Assembly: GCA_050012475.1 (NCBI GenBank) | Contig: JBEKHC010000009.1 | Location: 1-64,000, forward strand | Direction of reading: 5' to 3' | Source: Candidatus Velthaea sp. | GTDB taxonomy: Bacteria; Vulcanimicrobiota; Vulcanimicrobiia; Vulcanimicrobiales; Vulcanimicrobiaceae | Length of the DNA: 64,000 nt | Shown: piece by piece, positions 1 to 9,729 of the stretch | Layout of the letters: every line of letters begins with the position of its first letter | Position numbering within the stretch: position 1 is the stretch's first letter | Made by a program: the position numbers and the translations under genes | Notes under the pieces: model-generated | The model's input: only the letters and a program-made list of their open reading frames with translations | The model's database searches: none | What the model was told of the DNA's origin: nothing

Positions 1-68
1 CCTCGCTGCGGTAAGCGAGGCTTCCCCATTACTCGTGGGCCCTGTCCCCTGCCAGTATCCCTCGGTGC

Positions 69-377
69 TCAGCGACGCCAAGAATGCGCGAGCGATGCTC
101 GCCGCCGGAATTGCGCGTTTTTGACCGCCATCAACACCCCGGAATACGCAGATCCGACAATCGGAGTGAGTGCGGCGAATGTTTTGCTCTGCGCTGAAGA
201 AAAGCAGCTTGTTGAGGATGTGATCGTGCCTGACGCCGCATACCCAGAGGTCGTCGGAAAGTTGAGTTGATACTGAAGTGGCGAACAGCCCCCAAAGAGG
301 CCTCCGGCGCCGGAGCAGCCATGCAATAGAACCGTTAGGAGCAGAGCGACAAAAGGACGTATGGTACGAAGTCTCAC
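69..377 (-). CDS. Possible lipoprotein (hypothetical, may be a fragment)
   Basis: GTG start at 377 gives a basic N-terminus, hydrophobic stretch and lipobox-like LHGC. The C-terminal part looks degenerate. Confidence 0.3.
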   Translation of the reverse strand: MRLRTIRPFVALLLTVLLHGCSGAGGLFGGCSPLQYQLNFPTTSGYAASGTITSSTSCFSSAQSKTFAALTPIVGSAYSGVLMAVKNAQFRRRASLAHSWRR

Positions 378-708
378 TTCCGCAACATCGGCTCGCCGGC
401 CGTCGACCTCGAGCGAGACTTCTTGCCCGTGAGTGCTTGGGGGAACATCCAAGGCGGCTCGCTGGCGAAGAGGCGGCGGTGAATGAGTCGGTCGCTTTTC
501 TTGTAAGCGGTTGCTTCTGAGAAGGCTCCGGAGTATTCCCAGCCCCGAGCTTCTCGGCGAAATTAGACCTGCGCGCGCACGGCCGGCACGAATCGATAAT
601 AGGAAAGCCGGAAAGCGGGCTCGTCAAAGGCGCCCTTCAGAATACGAGCGTGCTCCGAACCCCTCTTAATTTGACCTGCTGATTCTACCCGGGTATAATT
701 GACGCATT

Positions 709-1311
709 ATGACCGACGAACCTACCTGCACCGCTTTTGCCGGTTTCCAGCGCATCGCATCTGGAAATCTCGCGGACGTCGCGATCGCCGTGAAGGAATT
801 CGTCGATCGCGACGAGCGCACGAGCGTGCTGGTCTTCGACGATGCTACGAGCCGCCAAGTCGAACTCGACGTGCGGGGCAGCCGTGAGGACGTGGAGCGC
901 CGCATGCGCCGCACCGCCGACGGCGCGACGGTCACCGCGCGGCGCTCGGCGGGACGGCCGAAGCTCGGTGTCGTCGCGCGGGAAGTAACCTTGTTGCCGC
1001 GGCATTGGGAATGGCTCAACCGCCAGCCCGGTGGTGCTTCCGTCGCACTCCGCAAACTCGTCGAAGAGGCACGCTGGACGAATGCCGGTCGCGACCGCGT
1101 TCGGCATGCCCAAGAGGTCGCGTACCGCTTCATGTCGGCGCTCGCCGGCAATTTGACGGGCTATGAAGAGGCGACGCGTGCGCTGTTCGCCGCCGACGGC
1201 GCGCGGTTCGAGCGTTACGTTGGCGCCTGGCCGGCGGACGTCGGCACGCACGTGAAAAGCCTCGCGTCCGCTGCCTTTACGGATCCGGGCCCAGCGGACA
1301 CTCAAACATAA
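709..1311 (+). CDS. DUF2239 family protein
   Basis: Signature GRPKLGVVAREVTLLPRHWEWL...PGGASVALRKLVE; 200 aa. Confidence 0.9.
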   Translation: MTDEPTCTAFAGFQRIASGNLADVAIAVKEFVDRDERTSVLVFDDATSRQVELDVRGSREDVERRMRRTADGATVTARRSAGRPKLGVVAREVTLLPRHWEWLNRQPGGASVALRKLVEEARWTNAGRDRVRHAQEVAYRFMSALAGNLTGYEEATRALFAADGARFERYVGAWPADVGTHVKSLASAAFTDPGPADTQT

Positions 1312-2795
1312 TTGCGCTCGGCGGCGCGCATTCCGCGATAGCGCGAAAAGGCCAGCCGTTCGTCTTCGAGTCCCAAGAACGTCTTGACGGTCGAACCGCG
1401 GAAGTTGAAATCAAAGATGCGCTTGATGTTGCGCGCCATGAACAGCGGATCGTGTTTCACGAGCGTCCACCAGTGGCGCGCTTTGATCCACCGCTCGGCC
1501 CTCCAGCGCATGAATTCAATCTCTTCGCCGCTGACGTTTTCGCAGGCGACGACGGACGTCGTGCCGTCGTATTCCTCGAGCCGATCGGAGGTAATGAGGC
1601 CGAGGGCGGCGAGCTGCTTGGTCATCGGCGTGCGCGGATACGGCGTCGGATGCTGAATGTAGGGCCAATCGATGAATCGCCGCGCGAACGTCAGGTTGGC
1701 CTCGATGCTTTCGCGCGTATCTTCCGGGTTGCCGACGATGAGGCCGCCAAGCACGTACATCTTATTGCGATGAAGATGTTCGATCGCGGTGAGTGCCGCA
1801 TTTCCGGCGCGCTTGCCGTTTTCGTGCTTCGTATTCTTGGACGACGCGTGGAGAAAGCTCAGGTCCGACTCGACGACGTTCTCAATGCCCAAAAACACAT
1901 AGCGAAACCCGGCCTTGCGCATCAGCGGCGCAAGCGTCTCACCGTGGTCGGCGATCGCCGACGTCATCGCCTGGACGGTGTAGTCGATCGTGTTGAGTCC
2001 GGCCTCGATGATGGCGTTGCACAAGCCTTCGAATCGTTTGATATTGAGCGTCAGGTTGTCGTCGACGATGAAGATGCTGCGCGCGCCGTGATCGCGGGCA
2101 TCCCGGATGTCGGCCAGCACGCGGTCGAAAGAAAACTTATTGAAGTTGCGGCCCCGCATCTCGATGATCGAGCAGAAACTGCAATCGAAGGTGCAGCCGC
2201 GCGACGTCTCGATGACGTCGCTTTGGCGGCCCAGCAGCGTGTAGCCGCGCAGCACGCGGCTGCGCCGCGCGGGCAACCGAATATCGGATCCTTCGAGCGT
2301 GCTCAATGCACGATCCGGGTTGTGAGCGAAGCCGGTGTCCGTGCGATACGACAGGCCGTCGATCGCAGCGTAATCGGTGCTGTTTTCGATCGCGCGCAGC
2401 AGCTCGCGAAAGGTCAGCTCACCTTCACCGCGCACGATAAAATCGATGCCGCAGGCCGGGTCGGTATACGCTTCGGTCGCGAGGCTTGGATCGTATCCGC
2501 CGACGACGAACCGCACGCTTGGACGCAGCGAACGGATGAGCTCGACAATTTTGAACGCCGTCTTGCGCTGGAAGGTCATCGTCGAAAGTCCGACCACGTC
2601 GGGCGCAAATTCATTCACCAGCCGGATGACGGTTTCACGGACGCGGCCTTGGACCAAGATGAGATCGGCAACCGCGACCCGGTGGTGCGGATCGACGTTC
2701 CCCGCCAGCGAGACCAGGGCGCCGTTGGGCATGCGCACGGCGCTGGTCGGCATGTGCTCGAACGAGTCCGGCATCGACAGAAGAAGAACATTCAC
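1302..2795 (-). CDS. B12-binding domain radical SAM protein
   Basis: N-terminal cobalamin-binding-like region (PDVVGLS, VVGGY, DFIVRGEGE) and the ETSRGCTFDCSFC CxxxCxxC motif. Confidence 0.9.
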   Translation of the reverse strand: MNVLLLSMPDSFEHMPTSAVRMPNGALVSLAGNVDPHHRVAVADLILVQGRVRETVIRLVNEFAPDVVGLSTMTFQRKTAFKIVELIRSLRPSVRFVVGGYDPSLATEAYTDPACGIDFIVRGEGELTFRELLRAIENSTDYAAIDGLSYRTDTGFAHNPDRALSTLEGSDIRLPARRSRVLRGYTLLGRQSDVIETSRGCTFDCSFCSIIEMRGRNFNKFSFDRVLADIRDARDHGARSIFIVDDNLTLNIKRFEGLCNAIIEAGLNTIDYTVQAMTSAIADHGETLAPLMRKAGFRYVFLGIENVVESDLSFLHASSKNTKHENGKRAGNAALTAIEHLHRNKMYVLGGLIVGNPEDTRESIEANLTFARRFIDWPYIQHPTPYPRTPMTKQLAALGLITSDRLEEYDGTTSVVACENVSGEEIEFMRWRAERWIKARHWWTLVKHDPLFMARNIKRIFDFNFRGSTVKTFLGLEDERLAFSRYRGMRAAERNYV

Positions 2796-2973
2796 CCGAA
2801 AATCTCCTCAACTCGAATGTGGCGCGATCGCTCATAGGCCGGCTCGCGAACGAGCCGGTCAAGTCATTGCGGCCGACCCGACCAGTGTGCCCTCTTTTGG
2901 CATTGATGTCCTTGGCGGCAACGCTTGCCCGCGATGCTGGCGAAGCGGCCGAGATGCGTGACCGCTGCGCCGT

Positions 2974-4152
2974 CTAGCGAATCGCTCCGTACGTCAACGT
3001 CCAGAAGTCCGTGTAGAGCGACGGCGGTTCGGGTGAATCGATCATGCGCTGTGTCAGCAGGATGCCGATGGTTTCCTCCGCCGGATCGGTATATGCCGAC
3101 GTGCCGAAGCCGCCGTCCCAGCCGAAGCGGCCCGGGTTGTGGAAGATCTCGTCGCGTGCGATGTCTACGCCCAGGCCCAACCCCCAGCTGCCGTACGCGC
3201 CGAAAAAGATATCGCAGCCGGCACGCTGCGCCGGCGTAAGCTGATCCGCCGTCATCAACTCGATGCTCGACCGGGAAAGGATCTGTTCGTCGCCGGCGCG
3301 GCCCTTGCCGAGCATCATGCGGCTAAAAGCAAAATAGTCATCGATCGTCGAGACCAGCCCGCCGCCGCCCGATTCGAACGGCGGCTGCCCGTACCATGCG
3401 CTGGTGCTCACGTCGTCGACGGATTGTAACCTGCCGGCGGCAGGATCGAACGCATAAAATCCGCACAGACGCGTGCGTTTTTCGGGCGGCACCTGGAAGC
3501 CGGTGTCGTGCATGCCGAGCGGCGCGAAGATGCGCTCGCGCATGAACGTGCCCAGCGATTGGCCCGAAACGCGAGCGACGAGCACGCCGAGCACATCGCT
3601 GCTGACTTGGTACATCCAGCGTTCGCCGGGCTGCGCCAGCCACGGCAACGACCCCAGCCGGCGCAGCCACTCATCGGTTTGGGGATAGTCCGTCGGCAGC
3701 ATCGGACCGTCGCCGCCGATGCGATACTCGCGAATGAACTTCTGAATCGGATAGGTGCCGGGCATGGCCATAACGCTGCCGAAGCCCATGCAGGAGGTGA
3801 GCAAGTCGCGCAGGGTAAGCGCGCGCAGTGCTGGCACCGTGTCGTCGAGCTGTGCGGAGAGCGACGTCAGCACGCGCCGATCGGCGAGTTCGGGCAGCCA
3901 GGGTTCGATCGATGCGTCGAGCCGAAGCTTGCATTCTTCCACCAGAATCATCGCTGCGACGGCCGTGACCAGCTTGGTGATCGAGGCGATGCGAAAGATC
4001 GTATCATGCCGCATCGGTTGGCCGCCGCCGGCCGCGAGCGTGCCCACGGTTTCGACGTGAACGTCGTCTTGGGCCAGCAGCGCCTGCTGCTCATCGGCCG
4101 TGAGAGCCTGCCAATCTGCCTCGGCGCCGTAGGCCAAGCACAAGTACTTCAT
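2974..4152 (-). CDS. Serine hydrolase (beta-lactamase/PBP-like family), fused to the N-terminus of a YciI-like protein
   Basis: FRIASITK (SxxK), PGERWMY, GGGLVST, FGWDGGFGT. ATG at 4152 follows an AAAGGAG RBS. The first ~30 aa (MKYLCLAYG...) look like a YciI/DGPF protein start. Confidence 0.8.
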   Translation of the reverse strand: MKYLCLAYGAEADWQALTADEQQALLAQDDVHVETVGTLAAGGGQPMRHDTIFRIASITKLVTAVAAMILVEECKLRLDASIEPWLPELADRRVLTSLSAQLDDTVPALRALTLRDLLTSCMGFGSVMAMPGTYPIQKFIREYRIGGDGPMLPTDYPQTDEWLRRLGSLPWLAQPGERWMYQVSSDVLGVLVARVSGQSLGTFMRERIFAPLGMHDTGFQVPPEKRTRLCGFYAFDPAAGRLQSVDDVSTSAWYGQPPFESGGGGLVSTIDDYFAFSRMMLGKGRAGDEQILSRSSIELMTADQLTPAQRAGCDIFFGAYGSWGLGLGVDIARDEIFHNPGRFGWDGGFGTSAYTDPAEETIGILLTQRMIDSPEPPSLYTDFWTLTYGAIR

Positions 4153-4176
4153 CGAAACTTCTCCTTTCGTTGCAGG

Positions 4177-4192
4177 TTGCAACTAGTTGCAA
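4177..4192. promoter_or_regulatory. Perfect 16-bp palindrome TTGCAACTAGTTGCAA, probable HxlR-family operator
   Basis: Lies between the divergent hydrolase and HxlR regulator genes. Confidence 0.55.
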
Positions 4193-4237
4193 TATAGCAT
4201 CGGATATGCGACACTGCAACGGCGAGGAGGCAGCCTA

Positions 4238-4762
4238 TTGCCGCACGATCACCGCTCCGGTTGCCCGATCAATCTGACGCTCGAGATTTTGGGTGACAAG
4301 TGGAGTCTGCTCGTCATCCGGGACATGATTTTCGGCAATCGCCGGCACTTCCGCGAACTCTTGACGAAATCGGAAGAAGGCATCGCATCGAACGTGTTGG
4401 CCGATCGGCTGCAGACGCTCGTCGAACAAGGCATCATCACCAAGGGCGAGGATGCGACGCACAAACAAAAGGTACTGTACAGCCTGACCGAACGCGGCAT
4501 CGCGCTCGTTCCCGTGCTGGCTCAGATCGGCGCGTGGGGACGCCGGTTTCTGCCCGTTAGCGAAGAGTTGGCCATCCGCGCGGAACTGTTGGAGAAGGGC
4601 GGTCCGCGCATGTGGGAGGCGTTCATGGCCGAGCTGCGCGAAGCGCACTTGGGCAAGGCCCGGCGCGGCAAGCCGCAATCGGTCGCGCTCAAGCTGCAGC
4701 GAGCGTATGAAGCGGCTCTGCGTCGGCGCGCGCAGCGTTCGCGACCGGCACCCGAAGTGTGA
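4238..4762 (+). CDS. HxlR family winged-helix transcriptional regulator
   Basis: RSGCPINLTLEILGDKWSLLVIRD...YSLTERG; TTG start after GAGGAGG. Confidence 0.9.
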   Translation: MPHDHRSGCPINLTLEILGDKWSLLVIRDMIFGNRRHFRELLTKSEEGIASNVLADRLQTLVEQGIITKGEDATHKQKVLYSLTERGIALVPVLAQIGAWGRRFLPVSEELAIRAELLEKGGPRMWEAFMAELREAHLGKARRGKPQSVALKLQRAYEAALRRRAQRSRPAPEV

Positions 4763-4764
4763 GG

Positions 4765-5088
4765 TTAGCTGGACTTGCGCTGGTGCAGTGCGAACCGGTT
4801 TCCGTCGGCGTCCGAGACGAAACAGGTTTGGCAGGCGGGGAAGTCCATGACTTCGGTAACGGTGACCGCTTGTGCGACGACTTTTTCGCGCATCGCCTTG
4901 ATGTCGTCGACTTCAAAGGCGGCGGAAAATTGGGTGCCGGGCGTCAGGCCGACCGATTCGGCATTGCCCACGACTCCGAAGGTGCTGCCGCCGACATCGA
5001 ACTGGATCCACGAATCACCGAATGCTTCGGTCGAAATCAGGCCGATGACATTGCGCTAAAAGGCGACCGCTTTCCGGTCCCTGCTACG
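4765..5088 (-). pseudogene. VOC/glyoxalase family pseudogene
   Basis: KAVAF*RNVIGL...FEVDDI...FVSDADGNRFALHQ; in-frame TAG at 5056-5058 where Tyr is expected; N-terminus missing. Confidence 0.7.
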
Positions 5089-5396
5089 CTAAGCCGACCG
5101 CCGAATCCGTGGAACGCCGCCGCTATCGGTGCGGGCGTCGGACGGGCTCGAAAACGCGCAGTTCGTGTCGGATCACGAGCGGTCAAAACGTTCCGCGAGT
5201 AGATACATTATGCCGACCGACGAGTTATGCCGCTTCGAACGAAGTTCGCTCGGACGAATCAAGCGTATCCACCCCGGGCCTCGGCATAAAAAAGAGCGTC
5301 GACCTCGCCCGGCCGTACCGCGAGCACGCTTCAGCGGGCGTGCACGTCCGCACCGCGCGCCGATCAGGCAGCGATGGCGGTTTATGGAGTGCCGTG

Positions 5397-5792
5397 TTAG
5401 CGCTCGCGGGCACCGTTCTGAACCGAGAGCTCCCAGCGGTACCCGTCCGGATCGTGAAACCACAGTCCCATATGCGGCGAGCCCGGCGATGTAGGGCCGA
5501 TCTCGTTGCCGGGATCTTCCAGTTCTACGCCGTTGTTCTTCAGCATCTCGAGCGCTTCGTGTAGCGCACGCATACTGTCGAGGTAAAACGACATGTGGTC
5601 AATCGTGTCCGGATGTGGTGTGCCTTTGAAGAACCCGATGATAATTGCGTCGTTCGTCAGCGCGATGGCCTCATCGGACCGGAACATTTCATGCAGATCG
5701 AAGTTCTTGGTCCAAAACTGCGCGCTCTTCTCCGGGTCTATGACGGCAAGGCTGAAATGCCAGACCGCGCCAAGTTGTACTTTCACGTCCAT
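5397..5792 (-). CDS. VOC family protein
   Basis: WHFSLAV..., IDHMSF, WFHDPDGYRWEL. Confidence 0.85.
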   Translation of the reverse strand: MDVKVQLGAVWHFSLAVIDPEKSAQFWTKNFDLHEMFRSDEAIALTNDAIIIGFFKGTPHPDTIDHMSFYLDSMRALHEALEMLKNNGVELEDPGNEIGPTSPGSPHMGLWFHDPDGYRWELSVQNGARER

Positions 5793-6156
5793 ACCTCTTC
5801 GTAACGCATCAATCGCGGCTTGTTCGCGCGATGATGCGAGCTTTCTGCACATTCGTCAGGCCCCCATCATTCCACCATCGACACGGTAAATCACGCCCGG
5901 CTATGAACTTCCCGCGATCCGACGCGACCAGTGCGACGGCGTCAGCGGCCTCCTCGGTGGCGCCGATGTGACCCAGCGGAATATGTGAGCCGCTGGAATT
6001 ACAATCTCGAGGCGCGAGCTCAACCAGCGCTTTACCGCGACCAGCAATTGCAATCCGCAGACATCACAGGCACAATCTCCAAGCGACACGCCAAGCTTTG
6101 GTCAATGCGACTGCTCTATATAGCGTCCTTTTGCGCGCCGTATCGGTGTCGATGGG

Positions 6157-6573
6157 TCAGGGCCTCGGGCTTGAGTCCAACTCGGAGGCCCGCGCCAGTG
6201 CTTGCGTGTCGATAAACTCTCGGACGTTCGTCAGTTTGCCATTTCGAACGGTAATGGCGAAGATCCAATTGTCCTCGAACGTCTTATTCGTAGCTAAGAT
6301 TTTCCCTCGAGTGTGGCCGACGACCAGAACACGGTCTCCCTGCGCTACGAATTCGCGGGCCTCAAAGAATGAACTTTCCACCGTTTCGGAATCCGTCTCC
6401 AACAGATCCGCCAATCCCGCGTGCCCGCGGCGCGTGCCGGCCAACGGCCGGTTCTCGCCCGGAACGATCCACTCAATATCTTCGGCAGACAACGCCTGCA
6501 GATCGCGCATATCGCCGCGGCCGATTGCTGCAAACGCATCCTTCACAATCCGGACATTCTCTTGTATGCTCAT
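6157..6573 (-). CDS. NTF2/SnoaL-like family protein
   Basis: ENVRIVKDAFAA...AEDIEWIVPG...FAITVRNGKLTNVREFIDT. Confidence 0.9.
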   Translation of the reverse strand: MSIQENVRIVKDAFAAIGRGDMRDLQALSAEDIEWIVPGENRPLAGTRRGHAGLADLLETDSETVESSFFEAREFVAQGDRVLVVGHTRGKILATNKTFEDNWIFAITVRNGKLTNVREFIDTQALARASELDSSPRP

Positions 6574-6939
6574 CGAAAATTCTCCACTTTCGTGACATTG
6601 GGTTGTGTCCGATCTAATCAGACAACTCCACTGGAGCTGGTTGATGAGAACGACTTGAGAGTTGACTGCTCTGTGGTGTTCTGGACGTGCCGGCGAAGAC
6701 GTGGTGTCGGTGATTCAGCCCGCCGCGTGCCGCGTCGATATTCGGTTCGATCGACGCGGCAATACGGATATATTAAAGGGCTTCGAGGAATGCGAGTAAG
6801 TCGTCTTCGGGCCGATATCGCCCTGGACAAAGATTCGTGGGCGTCACGCGCTCCAAGGCTTTCTCTTAGAGGCGCATGTCGGCGTGCATGTAGATTTGAG
6901 TTGTCTCGATGGACTCATGCCCAAGCCACAACGCGCATC

Positions 6940-7259
6940 GGGTCGTTCGCCGCGTACACTATTTGGGTTTGGCATCACACCGCGGTCACGACATTGCACG
7001 CAAGCAGATGCGGGGATTCGGTGGCATGCTTTCATTTGAAATCGAAGGCGGCCGGTCGGAGGCATTTGCGATGCTCGGCCGGCTCCAACTCGTCAAGCGC
7101 GCGACGAGTCTTGGCGGAACGCACACGCTGATCGAGCATCGGGCGTCGACCGAAGGTCCGCACTCTCGAGCACCCGAGTCGTTGCTTCGCCTTTCCGTCG
7201 GGATCGAGCATCCGGCCGATATCACCGCCGACCTCGAACAAGCTCTGGTCACCATGTAA
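6940..7259 (+). pseudogene. C-terminal fragment of a PLP-dependent Cys/Met metabolism enzyme (cystathionine gamma-synthase/lyase family)
   Basis: VHYLGL...QMRGFGGMLSFE...ATSLGGTHTLIEH...LLRLSVGIEHPADITADLEQAL; the N-terminal two thirds, including the PLP lysine, are absent. Confidence 0.8.
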
Positions 7260-7286
7260 CGAAGGCATTGCCGGGCGGCTGGACCG

Positions 7287-8234
7287 CTACGAAGCCGCCC
7301 CGCGACGGCGCGCACCGATCGAGTCGGCCAGCGCGGCGGCGAAGATGACCGCGCCTTGAATGAATTGCACCCAAAACGGCTGAACGTTCTTGAGCGTCAG
7401 GCCGTTGTTGATCAGGCCGATGATGAGGACTCCCAGCAGCGTCCCGCCGATATTGCCTTTCCCGCCGAAGAGCGAAGCGCCGCCGATGACGACCGCGGCG
7501 ATGGCGTTGAGTTCCAAACCGGTGGCGGCGATCGGCTGCGCCGAATCGAGCCGGCCCGTGAGGATGACGCCGCCGACACCGGCCAGCGCGCCGGAGACGA
7601 CGTACGCGGCGAGCAATGTTTGCCGCACTGGAATGCCCGCGAGCCGCGCGGCTTCGCGGTTGCCGCCGACGGCATAGATGTTGCTGCCGAATACCGTGCG
7701 CGAGAGGACGAAAGCGCCGACCGCCACGATTCCCAGCGAAATCAGCGCGGCGATCGGCACCGGCCCGAGATTGCTGCCGCCCAGATCGTCGAAGGCCTGC
7801 GGAAAGCCGAAGACCGTATTGCCGCCGCCGACGATGAACGCTAAGCCGCGCGCCATCGCGAGCATCGCCAGGGTGACGATGAACGAATTCATGCCGAAGA
7901 TCGCGACCGCCACGCCGTTGAAGAGCCCGATGAGTCCGCCGAAGACGATCGCCAGGCCGACCGCCGCGGGGACCGGAAGTCCGGCGTGCAGCGCGAGGCC
8001 GGTGATGATTCCCGTCAGCGCAACGTTCGAGCCGATCGAGAGATCGATGCCGCCGGTCACGACGACGAACGTTTCGCCGACCGCAACGACCGCGATCAGC
8101 GATGTGGCCAGCAGGATCGAGAGCCCGTTGGTCGTCGTCGCGAAGCCCGGCGTCGTCAAGGCCAAGAATGCGGCAAGCACGATGAAAGCGACGAGGATCG
8201 TCGCTTCCGTGAGCGCGCGGCGCAGCAGATTCAT
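7287..8234 (-). CDS. Sugar ABC transporter permease (RbsC-like)
   Basis: GGIDLSIGS, YAVGGNREAARLAGI, ELNAIAAVVIGGASLFGG. Confidence 0.93.
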   Translation of the reverse strand: MNLLRRALTEATILVAFIVLAAFLALTTPGFATTTNGLSILLATSLIAVVAVGETFVVVTGGIDLSIGSNVALTGIITGLALHAGLPVPAAVGLAIVFGGLIGLFNGVAVAIFGMNSFIVTLAMLAMARGLAFIVGGGNTVFGFPQAFDDLGGSNLGPVPIAALISLGIVAVGAFVLSRTVFGSNIYAVGGNREAARLAGIPVRQTLLAAYVVSGALAGVGGVILTGRLDSAQPIAATGLELNAIAAVVIGGASLFGGKGNIGGTLLGVLIIGLINNGLTLKNVQPFWVQFIQGAVIFAAALADSIGARRRGAAS

Positions 8235-8238
8235 TCCG

Positions 8239-9729
8239 TTATCCCGTCATAGCGAGTGACATGAGGCGCTCTTGCGCGAAATCGGGCCGATCGACGACAC
8301 CGGTGAGTTGTCCCGTGCGCATCACCGCGATCCGGTCGCACAGGCCGATGAGCTCCAAAAGCTCGGAGCTTACGATGAGGATGGCGGCGCCTTCGGACGC
8401 CAAGCGGCGGATGATGCGATAGACCTCGACCTTCGCGCCGACGTCGATGCCGCGTGTCGGTTCGTCGAGAATGAGCACGCGCGGCTTGAGGGTCAGCGCC
8501 CGTCCGAGCACGACTTTTTGCTGGTTGCCGCCCGACAGCCGGCGCACGAGCTGCATGATCCCGCTCGTGCGGATGCGCAGCGACGACACCGCGTCGGTCG
8601 CCGCCGCGTTCTGCTTGCGGCGGTTGACGATCGTGCGGAACAGCGCCGTTTGGGCGACGATCGACAACACGATATTCTGGCGGATCGGGAAATCGAGCAC
8701 CAATCCCTCGAGCTTGCGGTCCTCGGGAACCAGGACGATACCGGCTCGCAGCGCCGACTGCGGATTCTTGATCGACAGCGTCCGGCCGTCGATCGAGACC
8801 TCGCCCGCGGTGCGCGGCAGCGCGCCGAAAATCGTTTTGGCCACTTCGGTGCGGCCCGCGCCGACCAGGCCCGCCAGACCGACGATCTCGCCGGCACGCA
8901 CGTTGAACGACACATCGGAAAAGCGTTGTTCGGAAGCCAAGCCGCGCACGTCGAGCCGCACGTCGCCCAGCGGGGTTTCGCGCTCCGGAAAAACTTCGGA
9001 CATCGGCCGATTCACCATCGCGGCGACCAGCGCGTCGGTCGTCCAGGCCGAGGTCGCCCGCGTTTCGATTGCGCGGCCGTCGCGCAAGACCATCACGCGG
9101 TCGCAGATCACGAACACTTCTTCGAGGTGATGGCTGATGAAGATCGTGCCGACGCCCTCGGCGCTCAGCGCGCGGATCGCGGAGAAGATGACCTCGACGT
9201 CGTGCTCACCCAACGACGACGTCGGCTCGTCCATCACGACTACGCGTGCTTTGCGGGTCAGCGCGCGCGCGATTTCGACCAACTGCTGCTCGGCCAGCCG
9301 TAAGCGGCGCACCGCTCGCGTTGGATTGACGCGTAAGCCGACGCGCGCCAAGACCGCAGCGGCGTCGGCGTTCAAGCGTTTCCGATCGACGACGCCGGCC
9401 GCGTTGCGCGGCAAGTTTCCCAGATACAGGTTCTCGGCGATGCTGCGTTCGGGCACCAGGCTGAGCTCTTGATAGATGACGACGATCCCGGCGGCAAGTG
9501 CGGCACGCGTTTGGGCCGTCTTCATCGTCTCGCCGTCGAGCACGATCGCCCCGCTGTCGGCTGCTTCGGCGCCGCCCAAAATTTTCATGAGCGTGCTCTT
9601 GCCCGCGCCGTTTTCGCCGACGATCCCCAGGACTTCGCCGCGCTCGAGCTGGAGCGCGACGTCGTCGAGTGCGCGGACCGGTCCGTACGACTTGCCGATC
9701 CCGCGCATTTGGAGAAGGGGTTCGCTCAC
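8239..9729 (-). CDS. Sugar ABC transporter ATP-binding protein (RbsA-like, tandem NBD)
   Basis: GENGAGKST, MDEPT, LSGGNQQK, LDEPTRGIDVGAK. Confidence 0.95.
   Translation of the reverse strand: MSEPLLQMRGIGKSYGPVRALDDVALQLERGEVLGIVGENGAGKSTLMKILGGAEAADSGAIVLDGETMKTAQTRAALAAGIVVIYQELSLVPERSIAENLYLGNLPRNAAGVVDRKRLNADAAAVLARVGLRVNPTRAVRRLRLAEQQLVEIARALTRKARVVVMDEPTSSLGEHDVEVIFSAIRALSAEGVGTIFISHHLEEVFVICDRVMVLRDGRAIETRATSAWTTDALVAAMVNRPMSEVFPERETPLGDVRLDVRGLASEQRFSDVSFNVRAGEIVGLAGLVGAGRTEVAKTIFGALPRTAGEVSIDGRTLSIKNPQSALRAGIVLVPEDRKLEGLVLDFPIRQNIVLSIVAQTALFRTIVNRRKQNAAATDAVSSLRIRTSGIMQLVRRLSGGNQQKVVLGRALTLKPRVLILDEPTRGIDVGAKVEVYRIIRRLASEGAAILIVSSELLELIGLCDRIAVMRTGQLTGVVDRPDFAQERLMSLAMTG

Noticed and set aside
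596..620. GCCGGAAAG as a second half-site for the recombinase
   Set aside because: Only a short match with no inverted partner arm; likely chance.
1302..2795. Radical SAM gene as part of a RiPP or other biosynthetic cluster
   Set aside because: No precursor peptide, transporter or tailoring genes are adjacent.
5056..5058. In-frame TAG as possible pyrrolysine/readthrough
   Set aside because: It replaces an expected Tyr by a single base change, the gene also lacks its N-terminus, and no pyl genes are in the window.
5901..6100. Possible degenerate STAS (anti-sigma antagonist) fragment on the minus strand (VSLGDCACDVCGLQLLV...)
   Set aside because: Resemblance is weak, the DSSG motif is absent and there is no clear start.
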